Below, one piece after another: positions 33,968 to 41,482 of a DNA stretch of 50,271 nt. The stretch's first letter is position 1, and every line of letters starts with the position of its first letter. The position numbers and the translations under genes were made by a program. A model generated the notes under the pieces. That model saw only the letters and a list, made by a program, of their open reading frames with translations, ran no database searches and was not told where the DNA came from. The stretch is taken from contig CAYGLK010000001.1 of assembly GCA_964350985.1 (NCBI GenBank), positions 1 to 50,271 of the forward strand, in the 5' to 3' direction. The stretch comes from an uncultured Candidatus Saccharibacteria bacterium (lineage in GTDB: Bacteria > Patescibacteriota > Minisyncoccia > Phycocordibacterales > UBA918).

Positions 33968-36487
33968 ATGTCATTTTTAGATAGATTTTTTGGTCCTAAT
34001 TACGAGAAGGAAATAAAGACGGTTTCACCTCTGGTGGAAGCTATTAATAGTAAAGAGGAGGTTTTTTCTGTTTTAACCGATGACGGGCTTAAAACTGAAA
34101 TGCAGAAACTTAAGTCTAGGTTAGCTGCTGGCGAAACTTTAGACGATATTTTAGTAGAAGCTTTTGCGCTAACTCGTGAATCAGCTAAAAGAAACCTAGG
34201 ACTTCGTCACTACGATGTTCAGTTGATTGGTGGAATCATGCTTCATCGAGGCAAGATAACTGAGATGCGAACTGGAGAAGGAAAGACATTGGTGGGAACA
34301 CTACCAGCCAGCTTAAATGCCTTAACCGGTAAAGGAGTTCATGTGGTGACGGTAAATGATTATCTGTCTCGGCGTGACGCAGTTTGGATGGGTCAGGTTT
34401 ATGCTGGCTTAGGTTTAACTGTTGGTGTAATCAATCACGACGCTTCTTTTCTTTATGATGTTGGGCACCAGGAAGTTGATGCACTACGTGACGAGGTGGG
34501 TTCATACAAAGTTGTCTATGACTTCCTGCGGCCGTGTACTAGAAAAGAAGCCTACGCAGCTGACATTACTTACGGAACCAACAGTGAGTTCGGTTTTGAC
34601 TTCTTGCGTGACAATATTGAATACGAACCAAGTCACTTAAGACAGCGAGGTCACTCATACGCTATTATCGATGAGATCGACTCTATCTTGATTGATGAAG
34701 CTAGAACCCCTTTGATTATTTCTGCACCAGCTAATGACTCAGAAAACTTATACGGTACTTTTTCTAGTATTGCTCAGAACTTAAAGATTGAAGAACACTT
34801 TACGATTGATGAAAAAATGAAGAGCGCAACTCTAAATGACGCCGGGATCGAGGTGGCAGAAAGAATGTTGGGAGTAGATAATATTTACACTGAAAAGGGT
34901 ATTAAGTATGTTCACCACCTGGAGACAGCTGTTCGTGCTAAGGCTCTCTACACTAAAGATAAAGAGTATGTAGTTCGTGACGGCGAGGTGATTATTGTTG
35001 ATGAGTTTACTGGACGACTTCAACCAGGTAGAAGGTGGTCAGAAGGACTTCATCAGGCTATTGAATCTAAAGAAGGGGTAGCGATTCAGAAAGAATCAAA
35101 AACCTTTGCTTCTATTACTTACCAGAATTATTTTAGAATGTACCAGAAACTTTCTGGTATGACCGGTACGGCCCTGACTTCACAGGAAGAATTTTTCACA
35201 GTGTATAACTTGGAAGTAATTCCTATTCCAACCAATAGGGCAATAGCTCGTCATGATCATACAGATCAAATTTATCAAAATGAGCAAGGTAAATTTAAAG
35301 CAATCATTAAGCGCGTTAAGGAGATAAGTGAAAAAGGGCAACCGATACTCATCGGTACTGCCTCAATTGAAAGTAACGAAAGACTAGCGACTGCACTGAC
35401 TCAAGCTGGTGTTAAGCACGAAATGCTTAATGCAAAAAACCACGAGCGAGAAGGAGAGATTATTGCAGCTGCAGGAAGGATAAAGTCAGTAACTCTAGCA
35501 ACTAACATGGCTGGACGAGGGGTTGATATTAAGTTAGGCGGCCCTGAAGCTACTAAAGAAGAAGCAGAGGCCGTAAAAGCTCTAGGAGGGCTGTTTGTAC
35601 TCGGAACTGAAAGACATGAAGCAAGACGTATAGATAACCAGCTACGAGGGCGTGCAGGGCGTCAGGGAGACGCTGGAGAGACTCAATTCTTCGTTTCTAT
35701 GGAAGATAGTCTTATGCGAGTATTCGGGGGAGACAGGGTAAAGAATTTGATGGGTACTTTTGGTATTCCAGAAGACCAGCCAATAGAGATGAAAATGCTT
35801 TCTAAGACTTTAGAAAATGCGCAAACTCGGATTGAAGGTTTCCACTTTGATTCACGAAAGCAGATCTTGGCTTACGATGATATTTTAAACCAACAAAGAA
35901 TGTCGGTTTATAAACGACGTCACGCTCTACTAGAAGGAGATGAAAAAGAAATCAATGAGTTACTTGAAGAAGTAAAAGAGGTGAGTGGAGACCAAGGTGC
36001 TGCTATAGAGGCAAAGAAGGCAGAGCTGGGTGAAGAGATGTTTAGAAATTTGTTTAGAAGACTGTCACTACAGATGATCGATACTCTATGGGTAGAGCAT
36101 CTTGAGGTGATGTCATACACTAGGTCTAGTGTTAACCTGCGTGCCTATGGTCAACGAGATCCTTTGGTTGAATATCGAAAAGAAGGAACAAGACTCTTTA
36201 AAGAAATGGAGGGGGTTATCCTATCTAGAATCTCTGAGATCTTACCGAAGATACAGCCAGTAATGGTAGAGAGAGATGAAGCTGCTATGAAGAAGAGAGC
36301 AGAAGCGGCTCAAGCTGCCGCTGGTAATACTGGAAAGCCAAACGTTAAAGAGCCAGTTAGAGTAGAAAATGGTCCAGGGAGAAATGACCTAGTAAAGATT
36401 ACTAACGGAGAAGAGGAGCAGGAAATGAAATATAAAAAAGCTGAACCATTAATCGAATCAGGAGCTTGGAAGATAGTCAGTAAATAA
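33968..36487 (+). CDS. secA: Preprotein translocase ATPase SecA
   Basis: MRTGEGKTLV, DEIDSILIDEARTPLIIS, TNMAGRGVDIKLGG, RIDNQLRGRAGRQGD; TATACT-N9-ATG. Confidence 0.95.
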   Translation: MSFLDRFFGPNYEKEIKTVSPLVEAINSKEEVFSVLTDDGLKTEMQKLKSRLAAGETLDDILVEAFALTRESAKRNLGLRHYDVQLIGGIMLHRGKITEMRTGEGKTLVGTLPASLNALTGKGVHVVTVNDYLSRRDAVWMGQVYAGLGLTVGVINHDASFLYDVGHQEVDALRDEVGSYKVVYDFLRPCTRKEAYAADITYGTNSEFGFDFLRDNIEYEPSHLRQRGHSYAIIDEIDSILIDEARTPLIISAPANDSENLYGTFSSIAQNLKIEEHFTIDEKMKSATLNDAGIEVAERMLGVDNIYTEKGIKYVHHLETAVRAKALYTKDKEYVVRDGEVIIVDEFTGRLQPGRRWSEGLHQAIESKEGVAIQKESKTFASITYQNYFRMYQKLSGMTGTALTSQEEFFTVYNLEVIPIPTNRAIARHDHTDQIYQNEQGKFKAIIKRVKEISEKGQPILIGTASIESNERLATALTQAGVKHEMLNAKNHEREGEIIAAAGRIKSVTLATNMAGRGVDIKLGGPEATKEEAEAVKALGGLFVLGTERHEARRIDNQLRGRAGRQGDAGETQFFVSMEDSLMRVFGGDRVKNLMGTFGIPEDQPIEMKMLSKTLENAQTRIEGFHFDSRKQILAYDDILNQQRMSVYKRRHALLEGDEKEINELLEEVKEVSGDQGAAIEAKKAELGEEMFRNLFRRLSLQMIDTLWVEHLEVMSYTRSSVNLRAYGQRDPLVEYRKEGTRLFKEMEGVILSRISEILPKIQPVMVERDEAAMKKRAEAAQAAAGNTGKPNVKEPVRVENGPGRNDLVKITNGEEEQEMKYKKAEPLIESGAWKIVSK

Positions 36488-36489
36488 TT

Positions 36490-36822
36490 ATGAAAATAAT
36501 CACAAAGATTCTAGCTACGGCTCTCGTCTTGTTGTTGGTAGCCGAGTACATACCAGGAATTATGGTTGACGGCCTATACCCGGCTATTATTGCTGCTATC
36601 GTCTTGGGTGTTCTAAACATCTTCGTTAAGCCGATTTTGTTCATCCTAACTTTGCCGATAAACATCCTTACTCTCGGTTTGTTTATGTTTTTTATCAACG
36701 CTAGTTTGTTCTGGTTTGCCGCTACTTTTGTTCAAGGATTTAACGTTGCCAGTTTTTGGTACGCTTTCCTCGGGTCACTCATAGTGACAGCAGCAAGCTC
36801 ACTTCTAAATCGATATCTCTAA
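36490..36822 (+). CDS. Small 4-TM membrane protein, phage-holin-4 (YvlD-like) family
   Basis: LLLVAEYIPGI.V.G...AIIAAIVLGVLNIFVKPILFILTLPINILTLGLFMFFINA; stop-TT-ATG junction with secA. Confidence 0.6.
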   Translation: MKIITKILATALVLLLVAEYIPGIMVDGLYPAIIAAIVLGVLNIFVKPILFILTLPINILTLGLFMFFINASLFWFAATFVQGFNVASFWYAFLGSLIVTAASSLLNRYL

Positions 36823-36844
36823 AGACTGGATTCAAGTAAAAACA

Positions 36845-37028
36845 TCCGCCTAGCTATCCCCGGGCTGACGCCACGGGGCATTACGCTGGCGGAACCTGGG
36901 TGTTTTTTCTAGCAGAGGTTTCGGCTCCGCCGAGCTAAGATATTTGTCCATTCAACCCCGCCATAACGGGACGGGGCATTCTGGACGGACTAGTAAATAA
37001 AAAAAGCACCCACCCGGGTGCTTTTTTT
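36845..37028 (+). ncRNA. Candidate structured RNA (or structured 3' UTR): two homologous hairpins, a short hairpin and a terminator
   Basis: Hairpin 1 at 36845-36893 and hairpin 2 at 36946-36986 both contain CCCCG-N11-ACGGGGCATT. Small GCTC-CGCC-GAGC stem between them. Terminator GCACCC-ACCC-GGGTGC-T7 at 37006-37028. G+C is 40/60 in line 36841-36900 against 22/60 in line 36661-36720. No ORF. Confidence 0.4.
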
Positions 37029-37188
37029 ACGCCTATAAACATAGCCAGTCTTGTAGTGAGAGTAGAAAATAAAATTTAAAGTAAGAGTAGTCGATTGGCT
37101 GTAGTGACAGTACCGTCGTAAATCTTTTACTCATAAATTAAACCTGTCTGTGTACAGATGGCTTTAATTATGGTATCACTATGGCCAC

Positions 37189-38157
37189 ATGTTTGTAGAT
37201 CACCTAACTATATATGCAAAAGCTGGTGACGGCGGAGATGGGGTAGTTCGCTGGCGACACGATAAGTTTCGACCAATGGCTGGACCTTCTGGCGGAAACG
37301 GCGGAAACGGCGGAAACGTAATCTTACGGGCTGTTCGTGACGTTAACCTGCTAGCTAAATATACTGGAGCAAAGAGCTTTGAAGCTATGAGTGGTGTTCC
37401 AGGGCAGAACGATAGCTGTCACGGTCGCAACGGAGAAGATCTCTACATAGATATCCCAGTAGGCTCTGTTGTTGTCGATAAGGCTCGCTCTCGAACGTAT
37501 GAATTTCTGGAAGAAGGTCACACTGAAAAAGTATTCAAGGGAGGCGGCGGCGGTCTAGGAAATGAGCACTTTAAGTCTGCAACAAATCGCTCACCAGAAG
37601 ATGTCACCTTAGGTCGTCCAGGAGAAGAAGGGGAGTTGGAAATCAACTTGTCACTAGTAGTGGACGTAGGACTTATAGGAATGCCAAACGCAGGTAAGTC
37701 GACTTTAATAAATTCTTTTACTAACTCTCGATCAAAGATTGGTGCTTTTCCATTTACAACAACTGAACCACACCTAGGAGATTTTTATGGCTATGTCTTA
37801 GCTGACATCCCGGGACTTATTGAAGGTGCTGCCGGAGGAAAAGGTCTTGGACATAAGTTTTTGCGACACGTTACTCGCACTAAAATGCTACTTCACTTGG
37901 TCTCTTTGGAGACAGAGGACGCTTTAGAGCGATATAAAGTTGTTCGTGACGAACTATCTGCTTTTAATATTGAGTTAGAGACTAAGGAAGAGTGGATTAT
38001 TTTTACTAAAAAGGACCTTGTAAATCAAGACTATTTAGATAGCATACAAAACTTCATTGACAAAAATGAGAATCGTGTGTTTGTAATCTCTATAGAAACA
38101 GGGGATGGAGTAAAAGAGTTGAGGGATGAGCTTGCTCGACGCCTAAGACAATCGTAA
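37189..38157 (+). CDS. obg: GTPase Obg/CgtA
   Basis: MFVDHLTIYAKAGDGGDGVV.WRHDKF, GGNGGNGGN glycine-rich Obg fold, GMPNAGKST, DIPGLIEGA. Confidence 0.9.
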   Translation: MFVDHLTIYAKAGDGGDGVVRWRHDKFRPMAGPSGGNGGNGGNVILRAVRDVNLLAKYTGAKSFEAMSGVPGQNDSCHGRNGEDLYIDIPVGSVVVDKARSRTYEFLEEGHTEKVFKGGGGGLGNEHFKSATNRSPEDVTLGRPGEEGELEINLSLVVDVGLIGMPNAGKSTLINSFTNSRSKIGAFPFTTTEPHLGDFYGYVLADIPGLIEGAAGGKGLGHKFLRHVTRTKMLLHLVSLETEDALERYKVVRDELSAFNIELETKEEWIIFTKKDLVNQDYLDSIQNFIDKNENRVFVISIETGDGVKELRDELARRLRQS

Positions 38158-38166
38158 AATATCTAA

Positions 38167-39588
38167 ATGAATAACGATTATAAATTGACAGTGGGCCTTG
38201 AGGTCCATGCTGAACTGAACACCAAGAGTAAAATGTTCTGTGGTTGTAAAAATGAACCACATAGAAGTTTAGAAAATACACACATTTGTCCGGTTTGCTT
38301 AGCTCACCCAGGAAGTTTGCCGGTACCAAACGAAGAGGCGATAGCGATGGTCCTACTTTTTGGTAAAGCAGTTGGAGCCAAGAAAGCTACTTACTCAGAG
38401 TTTGACCGGAAGAATTATTTCTACCCAGATATACCAAAAGCCTACCAAATAAGTCAGTCCGCTTTTCCATTTTTGACGGAGGGTTCACTTCTCGGAGTTG
38501 ACCTTACTCGGGTGCACTTAGAGGAAGATACAGCAAGAAGTCAGCATGACCATGATGGAAAAAGTTTGGTTGATTTTAACCGAGCCGGAGTTCCTCTAAT
38601 GGAGCTCGTTACTGAACCTGTCATACATGATGTTGAAACGGCAGTAAACTTTGCCAAAGAATTGCAGCTACTTTTGAAGACTTTGAAGATTTCAAATGCA
38701 CAAATGGAAAGAGGGGAGATGCGGGTTGAAGCTAACATTTCAATCAGTAAAACAGACGAACTAGGAACAAAGGTTGAGGTCAAAAACCTCAACTCATTCA
38801 AGTCTGTAGAATCAGCTATTCTATATGAGGTAGAAAGGCATAAAGCGATGTTGGAAAAAGGGGAAGAAATTATTCAGGAGACCAGAGGCTGGGATGAGGT
38901 AAATCTCCGAACCTACTCACAAAGAGTGAAGGAGACTGCAAAAGACTATCGATATTTCCCTGATCCAGACATTCCGAAGATAAATATCCCTGAATCTGAG
39001 TACTTTAGTAGTACTCGTCTAAACGAGATAATGCCTAAATTACCTAGTAATAAAAGGACAGAATACGAAAATCTCGGACTGCCGAGTAAACAGATTGAGG
39101 TACTAATTAGTCTGAGAGTTGTAGATGAATACTTCTCAAAGTTAGTAGAAATACTCTCTTCAAGTAACCCGAAAGCTGTATTACTAGCAGCTAACTACCT
39201 AACCTCGGACGTTATCTCAATCGTTGGTACTGACGGCGAAATTAGTATTGGTCTTAAGCCAGAGAAGTTTGCTGAATTAATGGTAATGCTTGAAGATTCT
39301 TCAGTTAATTCAAGAATCGCTAAGGACTTAATAGCTGAATTTATCTTAGATACCGAAGCTGACTTAAAAAAGATAGCTACAGAGAGAAATCTTCTTCAAT
39401 CTTCTGATACAGAAACTCTAAATAAAGTGGTTGAAGAGGTAATAGCTGAGAACCCACAAGTAGTTGCTGATTTCAAAGAAGGAAAAATTAACTTACTACA
39501 GTTTTTGATCGGACAAGCAATGAAAAAGACAAAAGGTTCAGCTAACCCAGCAGTACTATCAGAGTTGTTCAATAAAGCTCTAAAATAA
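38167..39588 (+). CDS. gatB: Asp/Glu-tRNA(Asn/Gln) amidotransferase subunit B
   Basis: VGLEVHAELNTKSKMFCGC, DRKNYFYPD, VHLEEDTA, RVEANIS. Confidence 0.9.
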   Translation: MNNDYKLTVGLEVHAELNTKSKMFCGCKNEPHRSLENTHICPVCLAHPGSLPVPNEEAIAMVLLFGKAVGAKKATYSEFDRKNYFYPDIPKAYQISQSAFPFLTEGSLLGVDLTRVHLEEDTARSQHDHDGKSLVDFNRAGVPLMELVTEPVIHDVETAVNFAKELQLLLKTLKISNAQMERGEMRVEANISISKTDELGTKVEVKNLNSFKSVESAILYEVERHKAMLEKGEEIIQETRGWDEVNLRTYSQRVKETAKDYRYFPDPDIPKINIPESEYFSSTRLNEIMPKLPSNKRTEYENLGLPSKQIEVLISLRVVDEYFSKLVEILSSSNPKAVLLAANYLTSDVISIVGTDGEISIGLKPEKFAELMVMLEDSSVNSRIAKDLIAEFILDTEADLKKIATERNLLQSSDTETLNKVVEEVIAENPQVVADFKEGKINLLQFLIGQAMKKTKGSANPAVLSELFNKALK

Positions 39589-39642
39589 AAGGATCCTCTA
39601 TACACAGCTTTAACGTCTAGCCGAGATAAGGTTTGTTTTTGG

Positions 39643-39651
39643 TGCTATAAT
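39643..39651 (+). promoter_or_regulatory. Extended -10 box TGcTATAAT, 10 nt before ATG 39662
   Basis: ggTGcTATAATtttggtagtcATG. Confidence 0.55.
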
Positions 39652-39661
39652 TTTGGTAGTC

Positions 39662-40621
39662 ATGAAAGAGATAACTATCGAAGGAGTATTATATTTACCA
39701 GCTACAGCCCTAGCTAAGGAATTCCGCTACACCACTGACTACATAGGGCAGCTTTGCCGTTCAAAGAAGGTAGACGCTCAACTGGTAGGTAGAAGTTGGT
39801 ATGTAAATCCAATCTCACTTAAAGCCCATAAAAAGAATAAGATCAAAAAGGTGTCAAAGACTAAAGAGGTAGATGACTCAGAATTGGAGCATAAAATAAA
39901 GATATCTCGGCTAGACGTTGTTAGACCAAAGCTTGCTGAGGATGTAGATAGGGAGATTCCCCTGAAAATTAGGGCAAATGAAACAGTCGGTAGAAGTTCA
40001 AACTATATAAAGAGATTAAATTGGGAGCCAGCTAAGTATGAAGATGATGATGAAGAGCTGTTACCGACTGTCAGAAAGCAAAAAATTACCCCGCAAAAAA
40101 TAGAGATTGATCTGGCTGAATCTACCGATCTAGCTATAGAATCAACGACAAAATCAACCTATATGGTAGCTGAAACGCTACCCGAAGTTTCTCTAAAGGG
40201 GAAATTGAAGATATCCAACCTAGAGGATTATTTTGATGAAGAGGAGAGTTCGGTTACTGATACAGGACCTGAATTTAGTGTTGATGCCATTTCTGAGCTA
40301 GAGGCTACTAGAAATAGACTTCAGGCTGTTAAAAATAGACGTTCTGTAGCAAAAACACAAAGAATATCCTTAATACCTACACAAGAGTCTCGAAAAATGG
40401 ATTCAGAGAGAATGGCGTCTGAAGAAGTTGTTATTGAAGTTCATTCTCCGAGTCGTTTTATATTTTTCTCTTCCACCAGTATTTTAGTTGCGCTCGTTCT
40501 GGGGCTACTTTTTAGCGAATCGATCCTTAAAGCAGACTCAGTTTCTTACCAAAATGAAATTCAGTTTTCTAAGCCTTCCGCAGCAGCTCTAGTTTCACTT
40601 TTTTCTGAAGAAAGTTATTAA
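39662..40621 (+). CDS. Membrane-tethered protein with N-terminal excisionase/MerR-type HTH domain (paralogue 1)
   Basis: N-terminus LPATALAKEFRYTTDYIGQLCRSKKVDAQLVGRSWYVNPISL (HTH_17-like). Charged linker. Single TM helix near the C-terminus (FIFFSSTSILVALVLGLLF). Confidence 0.6.
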   Translation: MKEITIEGVLYLPATALAKEFRYTTDYIGQLCRSKKVDAQLVGRSWYVNPISLKAHKKNKIKKVSKTKEVDDSELEHKIKISRLDVVRPKLAEDVDREIPLKIRANETVGRSSNYIKRLNWEPAKYEDDDEELLPTVRKQKITPQKIEIDLAESTDLAIESTTKSTYMVAETLPEVSLKGKLKISNLEDYFDEEESSVTDTGPEFSVDAISELEATRNRLQAVKNRRSVAKTQRISLIPTQESRKMDSERMASEEVVIEVHSPSRFIFFSSTSILVALVLGLLFSESILKADSVSYQNEIQFSKPSAAALVSLFSEESY

Positions 40622-40641
40622 CATAAAAAGTTAACTTTATT

Positions 40642-40675
40642 GCTGTTATAGCTTTATAATTAAAGCTATAACAGC
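40642..40675. promoter_or_regulatory. Perfect 15-bp inverted repeat (4-nt spacer) embedding a TATAAT box and abutting ATG 40676; candidate operator
   Basis: gctgttatagcttta-taat-taaagctataacagc-ATG. Confidence 0.5.
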
Positions 40676-41479
40676 ATGTCTGAGCATATCGAAATTAATG
40701 GAATAAAGTTACTGCCCATCAAGGATACAGCAGAGGCAGTTTCGTATTCTAGAGACTATGTTGCCAGGCTAGCAAGAGAGCAAAAAATAGTTGCCTCACA
40801 AGTTGGACGTCAGTGGTATGTCGACTTACTCTCATTGAAAAGTTTTTCGGAAATCGCCGAGATGGAATCATCAGTTCGTAAACAGCAACTGAGTCAAGAG
40901 AGAAAAAGAGAAAAAGATCTAAAGGATCAACTCGCTGAAATAAAAAGCCACCTGAAAGTAAAATCAAAAGCAGTGCGCCCTAGAGCAAGAGTGATGGCTG
41001 TATCTGTCTTGGCTTTTGGTTTGTTGGCTGGAACTGGTCTTTATTCTGCTTTGAGTTTTTTCCCGCAGCACGCAAATGACATCTCATTGGCGCGAGTTAT
41101 CACTGATAAAAAAGTACCAGAAATAAAGCCTGTAGTAGAAAATGAATTGAAAGTAATTGATCCTGAACTTGATTTGCATCAAGTTGCGGTGGTAACTCAA
41201 ATATCTGAAATACCTGTTTTTACGGAGGAAGTAGATATTAGATTCTTGTCTGCCGACACTAATAACGGAATTTTACTACTACCAAAAAAAGCTGACTCGG
41301 AGACAAAAACTGAAATTCCAGAATTATTTTCTGATTATGTAATCGTGAATTTTGTCGATGAAGATAGGGGGGTTGTTGTTTATGACAAGGATGGAAAAGT
41401 AACGGAACTGCCTTTTGTGGCAGTTCCGGTTGATGCTGGCGAAGGAAGTTTGTCAGAAGATAAGGCCTTAAACCAATAA
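40676..41479 (+). CDS. Membrane-tethered protein with N-terminal excisionase/MerR-type HTH domain (paralogue 2)
   Basis: LPIKDTAEAVSYSRDYVARLAREQKIVASQVGRQWYVDLLSL aligns with paralogue 1. TM helix VMAVSVLAFGLLAGTGLYSALSFF, then a ~140-aa C-terminal domain. Confidence 0.6.
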   Translation: MSEHIEINGIKLLPIKDTAEAVSYSRDYVARLAREQKIVASQVGRQWYVDLLSLKSFSEIAEMESSVRKQQLSQERKREKDLKDQLAEIKSHLKVKSKAVRPRARVMAVSVLAFGLLAGTGLYSALSFFPQHANDISLARVITDKKVPEIKPVVENELKVIDPELDLHQVAVVTQISEIPVFTEEVDIRFLSADTNNGILLLPKKADSETKTEIPELFSDYVIVNFVDEDRGVVVYDKDGKVTELPFVAVPVDAGEGSLSEDKALNQ

Positions 41480-41482
41480 TTT

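Noticed and set aside
33968-36487. SecA as an accessory SecA2 dedicated to the glycosylated giant protein
   Set aside because: The protein is full length with all housekeeping SecA motifs. No secY2 or asp genes are adjacent, and the window cannot show whether a second secA exists.
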